In this document: positions 48,285 through 60,554 of the stretch, one piece after another
Numbering within the stretch: position 1 is the stretch's first letter
Layout of the letters: the number at the start of each line of letters is the position of its first letter
Source: Mustelus asterias
Taxonomy: Eukaryota
Direction: 5' to 3'
NCBI RefSeq assembly: GCF_964213995.1
Contig: NW_027590213.1
Location: 248,001 to 312,000 of the forward strand
DNA length: 64,000 nt
The notes under the pieces: generated by a model
What the model was told of the DNA's origin: nothing
Seen by the model: the letters and a program-made list of their open reading frames with translations, nothing else
The model's database searches: none
Made by a program: the position numbers and the translations under genes

Positions 48285-51200
48285 CATGATCTGTTTGAAA
48301 GTTGGAGCATTATTTTTGGGCCAAATGGCCGACTCCTGCTCTTATGTTCCTTTGAGACTGAAATACTTTTGCACGCCGCAGACACACACAGGCAAGCATG
48401 GACGTACAGGCACACAGGCGTACACACACCCACACACACACATACAAACACACACACGCACAGATCGAGAGACAATCAGACGGAGGTATTGAGAGACAGA
48501 CATGCCCAGAAACAAACACAGTGACTGGAACACACCCAGAAACTTGATGTGGGGACCAAATAAAATAGGTAAAACCTTGCTGATGGCACAGACATAATGG
48601 AGAGGAGGATGCAATGGGGGCTTCAAGGACATTTGGACAGGCTGAGTGAATGCGCAAAGACATGGCAGATGGAATAAAAAGTAACTAAGTATGAAGTTAT
48701 CCACTATGGTTGGGGGGAAAAAAACAGAAATACAGAATATGTCCCACATGGTGCGAGGTTGAAAAGAGTTAACTTCCAGAGAGACCTGTTCACTAAAAGC
48801 TAGCATTCAGGTACAGCTAACAATGAGGAAGACAAATGCTACGTTTATGTGTCACAAAATATTAATGTGAGTGTGCGTGTGCTTGTGTGTGTGTTTGTGT
48901 GCATCTGTGTGAGTGTTTCTGTGTGCTTTTGTATGGGTGGGTGCGTGTGTGCACGTCTGTGAACGTGTGTGAATGTGCCATGATCAGTTTGAATGTTCGA
49001 TCAGTATTGATGGGCCAAATGGCCTATACCTGCTCCTATGTTGATTCGAGATTTGAATACATACACACGCCGCAGACACTCACACAGACAGGTATGGACA
49101 TACAGACGTACAAACACACTCACACATAAACGCACACACACACGCACACGCACGCACGCACAAATACGCACGCACATATATATCTATACAGAATGATATG
49201 CAGTGTAGTCGTGTTTATTAAGACAATGTGATAAAATGTGATAGAATGCTGAATATGCAAATGACACAATAAACAGCATTGTAAGCAGCGTAGCTGGAAG
49301 CATCAAATTGCAAAGAAATATTAATATTTTGTGAATGGATAAAACTAATGGATGTTTTCAGTGCAGGGAAATGTAAGTTAACGCACCTTAGAATTAAAAA
49401 TCAATGAACCATGTTGTTTATAATTGTCCATATGCTAAGACTAAGCATTGATCAACGAATGTCTTTATTCAAATTCTTTAGACAGGTAAAGAAGACAGAA
49501 TGCATAAACACTGAGAGACCGAAAAATATATTCGGAGCTTAATATTCATGTTTGAATGTGAAGATCTGAGATCAGGATTGAAATAAAGAAGAGTCCGCAA
49601 TCAGAACCGGCAACATTTTTGTTCTGGTTTTCATAAAATTAAAAATCAGCATTTAAGAATTCCTTGAACAGAGCAGGAGGAGAAGAAATTTTACTCTGTA
49701 AGCTGTATGTATGTTCAGAGTACCCGATTAACAGTGGAGATGATGTTTAACTCTAAAACGTTGGAATTTAGTTAAGGAGTGACTTAATCATTCCCAAACG
49801 GAGAGGGTTGATAAACAGGAACATTTGCTGCTGGTTGGGGAGTTCAAGATTCAAGCAAATTGGATTTTAGACGATGTTTAATGTTTAAGACTTTCAGGAG
49901 CGAAATCAGGAAACATTTTTCAACTTAATACCTCACTTTCCTCCATTAAGACATTTCCTAAATCCAATCCTTTTTTGATGAAATCTAATATCGTGTGCAG
50001 TTTTGGTCCCCTTTCGAAGAAAAAATACACTTGCAATAGAAAGAGTGCAGAAAAAGTACACCAGACTGATTATTAGGATGGCAGGATTGTCGTTTTAGGA
50101 GAGGCGACTGCATCTGTATTCACTTGGAGTTTAGAACATGAGAGGCGATGTCATTGAAATATACAGAATTTTAGCAGGTATGAGCAGACTGGATGCAGGG
50201 CTGTTGTATCCTTTGGCGGGGTGGGGTCCAGAAAAAAGGAGCAAAGTTTCAGTGTTCAGGGTTGGACATTTAATTCTGAGATGAGGACATTTTTTCTTGA
50301 CTCAGAGGCTGGTAAAACTGTAATTCTCTACCACAGAAGTTTGTGGATGCGAAATCAGTGAATATATTTTAAAATGATATATATTTCTATACTCTAAAGG
50401 TGTCAAGAATTATGAGGAGAGGGCTAGTATGGTGTTGAGTTACAGGGTCAGCCACGTTCGTGTCGAATGGCAGAGCAGGGTTTAAGTGTCGACTGGTCCA
50501 CTCGTGCTCCTATTTCCTATCTTTCTCTATATTATATATGTCCATGAAGGAAAGTGCTGGGTGATAGCGCTGAATATTAATTCTTTCATAAAACTCACAA
50601 GACGAAATTAATCACAGTGATATCTGACTCTGTAACAAGCTTTTGATTAAAACTATCACTAAACATTCTTCATGCAACATTGTGGGATGGTTGCAGCGAA
50701 ATGGCAATGTCATTGGATTAGTAGCGCAGAACCCCGGGCTAATTTCTCTGAAGGAATGGGTTCAATTCCCACCCCACCACTCGGAGTAATTTCAAATAAA
50801 TTGATCGAAGTGTAGCCTCCAGTAAAAACTCCGGCAACTATCGACGATTGCCGTAAAAAAACATTGCCGTTCAATGGTTGGCATCTTATCTTTGCAGAAA
50901 AAAGCTTTGAATAAGATCTCGGCCAGAGGGCTAATTCAGAGTTTATGCGTTTTGGGGTAATATATTCGCATGGAAAGAGGATTCGCCAATCGATAGGATA
51001 CAGAGAGTTGGGATAACAGGAGCATTTTCAGGATGACAATCTGTTACAAGTGGAGTGCCTCAGCGATCAATGCTCGGGCCTCAATTATTTACAATATACA
51101 TAATGACTTGGACGAGGGAAGTGAATTTATTATTGCCAAGTTTGCGAATGAAAACAGGACTTCTGCCATGGGTTGTAAATGCCCATTTAGATCAACAATG

Positions 51201-52365
51201 TCCTTTAGAGAAGGAAATATGTCGTCCAGTGGTTTGGATCCAAGAAGCGATGTCATGGAACCTGAAATTGCCCAGAGGGCAATTCGGATTTGATTTGATT
51301 TGATTTGATTTAATGCCCACATCCAAGAAGTAAAAGTAAAATTATGATATTTTTAGTCCAATATGACATTACTAAGGACTGGAGCTAAAAAAAGACTGGA
51401 CACTGCAATTTAGGACGAGCTGAGGTGGATATTCAGCTGCGCAAATTCATTATATCAGTGCAATGTCCTCAATTACCTTCCCACATGATGCTGGCTCCCT
51501 GTCTATCACACAGCAGATAATGACATTAAGTAAGCTTATCCTTACTGGTCACATATTTCACTGCTGAATGTGGGTGTCTCACTGTGATTAATAAATATGC
51601 AGGAAGAATTTCCAAGACAGAAACTTCGCGTTGCAGCAGCTGAGTCATATTTACCTCACAGAGGACAGAAGAAAGACATTTAATTTGCATTATTTCGGGA
51701 GCGCTGTATACAAATTTCACACAAAGTCAAGCCAAGGATGCACACATGTTTTTCGTGTGAGGTTAAGTGTCACTGACTTGCAAAGATTACAGGACGATAT
51801 GGGCGAGCTGGTCAGACAGGTAGAGCAGTGCCAAACGGAATTTAAACCTGAAAAGTGTGAGGTGATGCATTTTGCGAGGGGTAAGAAGGCACGGGAATAC
51901 GCCATGAACTGCAGGACGCGAGAAAGTGCAGAGGACCAGAGGGACCTTGGCATGCAAGTCCAAAGATCATTTATGCCGTAGCATTCAAGGCTACAACCAA
52001 GTGCTGAAAAATGCGATTGGAATAGATATGGTTATAATGGCTGGAGCAGGCACAATGGGCCGCAGGACCTCTTCCTGTTCTGTAAAATTCAATGACGATG
52101 ATTCTACTGTCCCCAAAGCAAGAGCGATGGGCTTAATGGTCTCCTCCATCGTTGCAGGAGTCTAATAATTTGCTGTTTGTAAATTCTAACACAGAGTTGT
52201 CAGAGGACGTTTTAATTTTTCACTCCACCCTCTCGCCTCCTGCTCCTCCTAATCAACTCAACAGCAGCAATTACAGGATAAAGATTCTTTACAGGTGTAT
52301 GAGAATCGGACATTACTTTCGTAAACTATAACCAGACACAAAATGCAGAGAATAGTTTCACTTAC

Positions 52366-52425
52366 TGGGTTCTACAGTGAGTTTGGTTCCACTGCCAAAG
52401 GTAAGCTTTCTGGTTGCATAGTTTG
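52366..52425 (-). CDS. TRDJ: TCR delta J segment (C-proximal), NYATRKLTFGSGTKLTVEP
   Basis: FGXG motif; donor GTAAG at 52361-52365; 12-RSS CACAGTG(52426-32)-12-ACAAAATCG(52445-53). Confidence 0.95.
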
Positions 52426-53213
52426 CACAGTGATTCCAGATGGTACAAAATCGACATAACCCACATGAATAGCAATGTAAGGATTGCTTTTCATGCTAAG
52501 GTTTTTGAGATTCGATTTGCTTCCACAGCTGGTTCATTATTTCGTCCAGAAAAAAATGCAAAACAATATCCAAGAAAGGATGTTCTGGCTAAAGAGGGAG
52601 TGCACCGAAGGTTCACCGGACAGATAATGGAGTGGCAGGACTGACATATGAGGGGAGATTGAGTCGGCTAGGATTTTATTGTCTGGGGTTCAGAAGAAGG
52701 GAGGCAGGAGCAGAAGATCTCATTAAAGCCCATAATGCAGGATTAGACACGGTAAATGCAGGATGGCAGCAGGGTCCAGAACCGGGGTTCATAGTCAAAG
52801 AATATGGGACTGATATGAGGAGAATTTATTTTTCAACAAGAAAATGAAAAGCCTGTGTCATTCACAATTACAAAGGTTTAAACAGAACAATGGTACTTAT
52901 TCGTCTCCCCTCTTTCTTTTCGATCAACTCTCTGGATGGAATCTTCCTATCCCACTAACAGTACACAAATCTGCTTCTCAGTTCAATACCATATTACTGA
53001 GGCGTGCAGTCCCAACTCCTGTCCCATGTACCTCTAATGACTGGGGAAGCTGAGCTGGATCAAAACTGACTCAAAACTGTGCAATCTCTTCGCCTGCATG
53101 CCACATATTATATTGGCACTCTGTCCAACTTGACTAGCCTACTTACAACAGAAAACTAGATCACAGAGGAGATGTGGAGTGAAAGAATAGAAACACACTG
53201 ACTTCACACTCAC

Positions 53214-53263
53214 TTGGTACAACTGTCACCTGGGTGCCGCTGCCGAACGTTAGCTTTGCGTAG
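53214..53263 (-). CDS. TRDJ: TCR delta J segment, YAKLTFGSGTQVTVVP
   Basis: Donor GTGAG; 12-RSS CACAGTA(53264-70)-12-ACAGAAACC(53283-91). Confidence 0.95.
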
Positions 53264-53824
53264 CACAGTAACAATTGCTCAGACAGAAACCTTCTATTGA
53301 GATAGCTGTTTCAGATTTCAGACAATTCACGGCAAAGAAAAAGCTGGAACAGTCACTGATTCGCTGCAGGTAACAGGTATTGCATATCTGCCCCTTCCCC
53401 ACCATCACAGGCTAAATGGGCCGAAGAGCCTCCTTGGATGCTCTCAGATTCTATCAAAGTGAAGAATTTCTGAGCCAAGGTAGCCACTGGTCAAATATAA
53501 CAACAAATATATTTTGACTCTGAAACTTTGCGAGTTAACATAGGAACAAGGGAAGGCTATTCAGCCCTTTGCGCCTGCTCTGCCAATCTCTGAAATGGCT
53601 TAACAGAAATTTGCAACATGGCCCTGCCAGTGACGCCTCAACACCTGGCAGAAAAGAAATACAATTCAACAGATTTAATTTGTCAGCTAAGCTTTCTCTC
53701 CTTACAGATGCTGCCTGACCTGCTGTGATTTTTCCCACCATTATCTGTTCGCATTGTCATAATCCTGTTATATTTCGAAGAGGTAAACAGACATGTTGAG
53801 TCTGAAAGATGCGTTTATGTTTAC

Positions 53825-53870
53825 TTGAATCAACAGTTACTCGAGCTCATTTTCCAAAAGAGAGATATAT
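53825..53870 (-). pseudogene. Pseudo-J delta, YLSFGK*ARVTVDS
   Basis: Exact J spacing from F to a phase-1 GTAAAC donor, with GGA->TGA in the FGXG motif. The 5' side abuts a repeat insertion (~53871-54190) and has no adjacent RSS. Confidence 0.55.
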
Positions 53871-54369
53871 TTTATCCATTCGTGGGACATGGGCACCGTT
53901 GGCTGGCCAGAGTTTATTATCCATTCCCCATTGCCCTTGAGTGTCAACCAAATTGCACATGTTGGCCAGATCTAATAAGAATGGCAGATTTCTTTCTCTA
54001 AAGGACATTACTCAACGAGATGGGTTTTTCCAATAGCGGTTTTCATCGTCAACAGTAGATTCTTAATTCCAGATTATTGAATTCAAATTCCACCATCTGC
54101 CGTGGCGGGATTTGAATACAGGGTCCCCAGAACACTAGTTGATTTCCTGGATTAATAATCTAGCGATAACGCCACTAGGCTATCGTCTACCCCCAGTTTC
54201 ACCACCTCACAATACTGCAAGGTCACCCAATGAAACTAATATGCCAGGTGGTTGGGAAATTATGTAAGGAGTCAGAGAAGGAGGGAACAAGGATAAAATC
54301 AAGAGGTGGAAAAGGGAATACGAAAAATGATATACAGAGAAACCAAGGCCAAAATTCAAAAACGAGACA

Positions 54370-55520
54370 ATTAATGTTAAAAAGATAAGCTGAAAGGCTC
54401 TGTGCCTTAATGCGCAGAGCATTTGCAATAGAGTGGATGAACTAATCTTGCAGATAGATATAAATGGGCATGCTATAATTGGAATTACGGAGACATGGCT
54501 GCAGGGTTCCCAAGAATGGGAACTGACTGTTCCAGGGTATTCAGTATTTAGGATGGACAGGCATAAAGGAAAAAGTGGTGGAGCGGCACTGCTGGTTAAA
54601 GAGGAAATTAACTGGTGAGAAACTATATTAGCTCTGATAATGTGGAGTCTATATGGGTAGAGTTGAGAGATACCAAGGGGCAGAAAACATCAGTGGGTGT
54701 CATATACAGACCGCGAAACTGCAGTGGTGATGTTGGAAATGGCATTGAACACGAAATTAGAGATACATGTGATCAAGGGTGATTTTAATCCGCACGTTGA
54801 TTGAGTAAATCAAATTAGCCACAATGCTGTAGAGAAGGATTTCCTGGACCGGATACGGGATAGTTTCCTTGACCAATATGTGAAGGAACCAACGAGGGAG
54901 CAGGTCACCTTAGACTGGGTACTGTGTCGTGAGAAGGTAATAATTGCCAATCTAGCTGTGCAAGACCCCTTGGGGATGAGTGAACATAACATGAGAGAAT
55001 TTTTTATCAAGGTGGAGAGTGAAGTAGTTGACTCGGAGACTACTGTGCTGAATCTTAATCAAGGAGACTATGAAGATATGAGGCGTGATTTGGCCTTCAT
55101 AGATTAGGGAGACTTACTTAAAGGGATGACAATGGATCTCATAGAGACTTATAAAATTCGAACAGGACAAGGCATAGTAGATGAAGAGAGGATATTCCCG
55201 ATGGTGCGGGAGTCCAGAACCAGGGATCTGAGGATTCCGGGTAGACCATTTAGGACGGAGGTGAGGAGACATTTCTTAACCCAAAGAGTGGTGAGCCTGT
55301 GAAATTTATTACCACAGGAAGTAGTTGTTGCCAAAAGATTGAATGTATTCAAGAAGCGGCTGGATATAGCACTTGGAGCGAATGGGATCAAAGGTTATGG
55401 GGAGAAAGCAGGCTTAGGCTATTGAGTGGCTGATCAACCATGATCATAATAAATGGCAGATCATGCTTGAAAGGCCAAACGCCCCTTCCTGCTCCCATTT
55501 TCAATGTTCCTATGTTTCCT
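54370..55520 (+). mobile_element. CR1 LINE remnant (endonuclease joined to 3' end)
   Basis: IIGITETWL, YSVFRMDR...GGAALLVK, EPTREQVTLDWVL; jumps to the ORF2 end and 3' UTR at ~55136. Confidence 0.8.
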
Positions 55521-55884
55521 TCCCGAGAGGAAATTTATGAACCAGATGGGTTTTTCCGACAATCGACAATGGTTTTCCTGGTCACCAGTAGATTCTTAAT
55601 TCCAGATTATTGAATTCAAATTCCACCATCTGCCGTGATGGGATTCGAACCCAGGTCCCTCACATATTCGCTGAGTTTCGGAGTTAATAATTTTGCGGTA
55701 ATACGAGCAGGACATCGCTTCCCTCCAGTTACATAACTTCACCAGGATGCAAGGTCACCCAGTGAGTCGCACATCCATGTCTGTCACATTGCTGAGGCCC
55801 AGAGATTGGTCTGCCACCTGCGGCATGTCTAACTAAGCATTGAGATCTGAGCTCGCTATCCATCTATCGAGGGTAACGACTAGG

Positions 55885-56525
55885 GAATGACAAGGGTAAG
55901 ATTAGGGCCAGTCAAGGACAGTAATGGGAAGTTGTGCGTGGAGCCTGAAGAGATAGGAGAGGTGCTAAATGAATATTTTTCGTCAGTATTCACGCAGCAA
56001 AAAGACAATGTTGTCGAGGAGAATACTGAGATACAGGCTATTGGACTAGACGGGATTGAGGTTAATAAGGAGGAGGCGTTAGCAATTCTGGGCAGTGTGA
56101 AAATAGACAAGTCCCCTGGGCCGGATGGGATTTATCCCAGGATTCTCTGGGAGGCTAGGGAGGAGATTGCAGAGACTTTGGCTTTGACCTTTATGTCGTC
56201 ATTGACTACAGGAATAGTGCCAGAAGACTGGAGGACAGCAAATGTTGTCCCCTTGTTCAAGAATATAGAACATAGAACATTACAGTGCAGTACAGGCCCT
56301 TCGGCCCTCGATGTTGCGCCGACCAGTGGTACCAATCTAAAGCCCCTCTAATCTACACTATTCCAATATCATCCATATGTTTATCCACTAACCACTTGAA
56401 CGCTCTCAACGTTGACGAGTCCACCACTGCTGCAGGCAGGGCATTCCACGCCCTTACTACTCTCTGAGTAAAGAACCTACCTCTAACATCTGTCCTATAT
56501 CTCTCACCCCTCAATTTAAAGCTCC
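55885..56525. mobile_element. Two CR1 fragments (+ ORF2 piece 55885-56262; - 3' end 56263-56525)
   Basis: EIGEVLNEYFSSVFT, DKSPGPDGIYPRIL on +; FFTQRVVRAWNALP plus tail on -. Confidence 0.85.
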
Positions 56526-56641
56526 CTCCACCCACATTGTCTGTGCATTTAAGACCTGGCTGGCTGTAGAGATTTGCATTCTAATCAGTATTCTGTAATT
56601 TGATTTCTGTGTCTGTGCCCTGTTTGAGAACAGAGACCACT

Positions 56642-56678
56642 CCATCTGACGAAGGAGCATTGCTCCGAAAGCTTATGG
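56642..56678 (+). ncRNA. Minimal type I hammerhead ribozyme motif in a Penelope-like terminus (element ~56525-56735)
   Basis: CCAT-CTGACGA-A-GGAGC att GCTCC-GAAA-GC-TT-ATGG: both core boxes, stem II, stem I (CCAT/ATGG) and a palindromic AGCT stem III. Followed by aataaacctgttggactttaacctgg. Confidence 0.65.
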
Positions 56679-57314
56679 TATTTGCTACCAAATAAACCTG
56701 TTGGACTTTAACCTGGTGTTGTGAGACTTCTTACTATAATCACTGATGTCAGTGGGAGCCTCGACAACTGCCATGGTGTGCGAATGGTAAATCTTAAAAA
56801 TTATCTATTGCCAAGAGATGAACAAGGCATCTGATAACATTCTACAAAGCTAAGCACATCCAAGGCCAAATTTAAAGCCAAGTTACCTCTCTGCACCGAC
56901 TGGTGCATTTAGGCAGAATTCTTCTGCCTTCAGTGATAGCTATTTCTGGAACACGTCGCTCGACTTTTGTGAAGGGCTTAGAGCTTGAGAGAGCCATGCT
57001 ACATATCAAGCGTGGCTGAGCAGGAGTCTCCCTCTCACTCCCAATCTTTGGCAGCGTTGCTTTCTCACCTTCCTTGTTCATCAAGTCCAAGGGTAGGGAC
57101 TCGGACCCGGCGTTTCTAGCTCAGAGGTAGGGATTCTAGCCCATTGCACCACAAGACCTCCCCAAGTTATGAATGGCCATTATATTGCATCTCCTCCCTT
57201 TAAGCCTGTACTGATTTTTTTTAAAAACACGACTTGGTGATATGTTTGGAACTGTAAATATTGATTGTCATCCTACTGTAAATAGATCATGGTGGAAGAT
57301 AGTTGAGGACTTAC

Positions 57315-57362
57315 TGGGCTCCACAGTGAGTTTGGTCCCTTTGCCAAAGGCAAGCTTCTCAG
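57315..57362 (-). CDS. TRDJ: TCR delta J segment with degenerate RSS, EKLAFGKGTKLTVEP
   Basis: FGKG motif and donor GTAAG at 57310-14. Nonamer-like ACAAAATAT 57382-90, but the heptamer position reads TTCAGTA (no CAC). Confidence 0.85.
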
Positions 57363-57444
57363 TTCAGTAGTAACAGCTACTACAAAATATGGACCCAGCC
57401 ATATGAACACAGGGCTAGCTCACATTCAGTTTGTATCATGTCAC

Positions 57445-57512
57445 TTCTTTTAATTAGCTTCTCTCCTGAACCAAATATAACCGTTCCCTCCCTCTCCCTC
57501 ACACTTAGCTCC
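57445..57512 (-). pseudogene. Possible decayed J, TVIFGSGEKLI
   Basis: FGSG.KL motif with a poor donor; weak RSS CACTGTT-12-TCAGGGAAC. Confidence 0.3.
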
Positions 57513-58932
57513 CACTGTTTTTTTGACTATATCAGGGAACAATATTTGGATAATGAATTGACTGTGTTTCACAATTTCCATCTTCACCGATACTTCTCCC
57601 TGAACACCCAGGAGACACAAATCCTGGGAAAATAGTTTGACATCAACACATACGAACATGCAAAGTGGGAGTCGGAGTAAGGCACTGGGCCACTCCAGCC
57701 TAACCGCTATTCAGTAAGATCATGACTGATCTGATTGTAACCTCACCCCCACATTCCTGCCTACTCCCGATCACCGTTTATCCCTTGTTAATCAAAAATC
57801 TATCTAGCTGTGTTTAAAATAATCAAAGGCCCTGTTCCCCTTGATGTTTGAAGAAGAGAGATGACGAGACTCACTACTCTTTAAGAGAGAAAAAAGTCTC
57901 CTCATATCTGTCTTTAAAGGAGTGACCCTTTAATTTGAACTATAACACCTGGTTCAAAACATCAACCTGTTGTTGATAATCGTTGACCAACACTTCACTT
58001 TGAAGCCTTATTTCAAGCATGCATTCGTGTCAGCAGTTTAACAAAGACCGGAGACCATAGGACGACGGGCCAGAAGGATGCCATTTGGCCCATCGGTCAT
58101 TCAATGAGATCATGAATTAGCTGATGTGATAATTCTGAATACCTCTTTCCCGTTGTATCCTCGTAACCCTCGATTGCCCTGTGGGTTAAAAATCTGAACA
58201 TTCAACCTGTACAGCGCTCTGCGGCAAATGATTCCACAGATTCACTGCTGGCTTGAAAGAAGAAAATCTTCATTATATAAATGGGCAACCCCATACTTTG
58301 GGATTATGACCTCTGGTCCTACAAGAGGTAATAACGTCTCAGCATCTAACCTTGTCATGTCCCCTGAGAATCCAATAAGTCTCAATAAGGTCACATCGCA
58401 TGCTTCTAAACTCCACTAAGTAGAGGCCCAACATACTCAAACTCTCCGAAAAAACATATCCATACCTGGGATCAAAGTAGTGGCCTTCCCTGAACTGCCT
58501 CCAATACCAGTATAGATTTCCTAATGTAAGGGGACAGTGTTCCAGATGTGGTCTAAATCGTACCTTGTATAGTTTTAGCAAGATTATTAGTTTTAACAAA
58601 GACAAGCTTGAAAATGAAATATATGTAGATAATTACTCAAATCAGTGGGCATTTGACTCAACCTGCTAAATGGGCATTTTCTATCCTATTAGTAACCCAA
58701 TTTCAGTTCGATGTCACATCACTGATGCCTAATGTTTCAACTGGTGTTGATGACACGGCTTAATAAACAGTGAGCTGAACTCGATACTCGGTGCCTAATA
58801 GCTTAATTGATTGGTGCAATGGCTTCTCCTTCATTCCAAGCACTGCCTTGGCTCTTTACCGGCCTTTCACCCGACACCATTCAGCAGAAATCTGTATCTA
58901 ATGGGAGGAAATGAAGGTGGACTCGCACTTAC

Positions 58933-58995
58933 TTGGCACAACCTGCAGTCGGGTGCCGCTGCCGAATATCAGTTTGTCAGTATCAGCAATATACA
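58933..58995 (-). CDS. TRDJ: TCR delta J segment, YIADTDKLIFGSGTRLQVVP
   Basis: Donor GTAAG 58928-32; 12-RSS CACAGTG(58996-59002)-12-GCAGAAAGC(59015-23). Confidence 0.95.
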
Positions 58996-59488
58996 CACAG
59001 TGACTATTGCCCAAGCAGAAAGCTTCCACTGGGGCAGGCCACAGAGACTTCAGCTATTTCAAAACCCTGGGGAGTACATGCTCTTAGCATAATTTTATGA
59101 CCGATCTGCCCTCAAAACAGGTGCGACCGATTAAATAGCAAATTAGAAAGAGACAATTCTGGATAAACTGTGTACGTCTGGCAGCACGTGTAGAGAGAGA
59201 AACAAAGCTAATAATCCTGCTATCCCGGAATCAGTCTGGCATTAGGAAATATTGTTTTCTTTTTTTTTTAAATGTTGGATCACTATTCTTTGAAGTATTG
59301 TGGTATCAATAGTTGGTACGTGTGAGATACTTAGTTGTGTGAGGAACTTCTTTATGTGCAAGTGGAAAAGGACACATTCCTTCATCACTGTATAATTCAT
59401 CAGGTTCGTTTGTCACAATGGCAAATTTTCTCCCCACTTTTGCAATGAGGCCAAAAACTTCTGAGTGCAAAATGAATCTTCTCAAATT

Positions 59489-59823
59489 CATAGATCATAG
59501 AATCCCTACAGTGTAGAAGGAGGCCATTCGGCCCATCGAGTCTGCACTGACAACAATCCCACCCCAGGACCTATCCCCACAAATTTATCCCACTAATCCC
59601 TCTAACCTACACATTCCCTGACACTAATGGGCAATTCAGCATGACCAATAAACATAGCCCGCACATCTTTGGACTGTGAGAGGAACCAGAGAATCTGGCG
59701 GAAACCCACGCAGACACGGGGAGAACGTGCAACCTCCACACAGACAGTAACCCAAGCCTGGATTCGAACCTGGATTGCTGGAGCTGTGACGCAGCAGTGC
59801 TAACCACTGTGCCACCGTGCCAC
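59489..59823 (-). mobile_element. HE1-type SINE
   Basis: Head ggtggcacggtggcacagtggttagcactgctgcg; CR1-like tail. Confidence 0.9.
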
Positions 59824-59853
59824 CCGTAATTGATGCCAATAGATTCTACTCAC

Positions 59854-59917
59854 TTGGCTCCACGCTCAATTTGGTTCCACCACCGCATATTAATGGTCTG
59901 TAAGAAGCACGAGCGTA
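59854..59917 (-). CDS. TRDJ: TCR delta J segment with non-canonical motif, YARASYRPLICGGGTKLSVEP
   Basis: Donor GTGAG 59849-53; RSS CACTGCG(59918-24)-12-GTCAGAACC; CGGG instead of FGXG. Confidence 0.85.
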
Positions 59918-60373
59918 CACTGCGATTACTCTCCATGTCAGAACCCAAAGACAGGGAGCATGCATGCCAAAATTCAAAAAGGGCTTTAGTCATTGCTCAG
60001 GGCAGTTAAGCAGGTCTCGCTACAGAATACTATTTCCTGCAGTTTGTTTGGATCAAAAGTTAATCAGAAACTTTTACAATCTTCCAAGTCATCCATCTCT
60101 TAATTTCCCAGGAAAATAAGTCAGAGCGTGACTGGCTGGGAGTTCTCAATGTACACATCCAAGCGAGGTAACACGTGTCGAGAATTCCATGGCTCACTTT
60201 CGAACGGAATTTTCAAATCCATACAAAAATGCTGCTTTTGGGATTTCGTTCAGAATTGGAACTAAAGGAAATCTACACCATTGAGCCCCAACCCACCCCC
60301 TCCCCCCAATCCCAACTCACCCCACCTTTATAAGTGTAACTTAGAACTGTGATTTTGATGCCAGAAGGCTGCA

Positions 60374-60554
60374 TAGATGATTGTAGTCCTAATTCTGGGT
60401 TCCATTGAAATAGGTAACACAAACATGACTTTGCATTTCAGACAGGTTCCCTACCACTAGAATTCATACACAATAATGGATTCATTTGCACACTGAAGTG
60501 ATATTTGAAATATTCTTTATTCATAGTCTGAGGGCAAAGATTCATAAAGTCAGA
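60374..60554 (+). repeat. Inverted repeat, left arm (partner 63266-63444)
   Basis: 60392-60450 is the exact reverse complement of 63368-63426 (59 nt); the flanks are diverged. Confidence 0.9.

Noticed and set aside
47780-49190. ~600-bp tandem units with many short ORFs
   Set aside because: Decayed CR1 pieces interleaved with (CA)n; no coding signal.
50594-50640. CACAGTG near a GTGAG donor
   Set aside because: Only ~14 nt between them, no J motif and a poor nonamer.
57322-57328. Internal CACAGTG heptamer
   Set aside because: It is simply the L-T-V codons of the J, with no nonamer at 12 or 23 bp.
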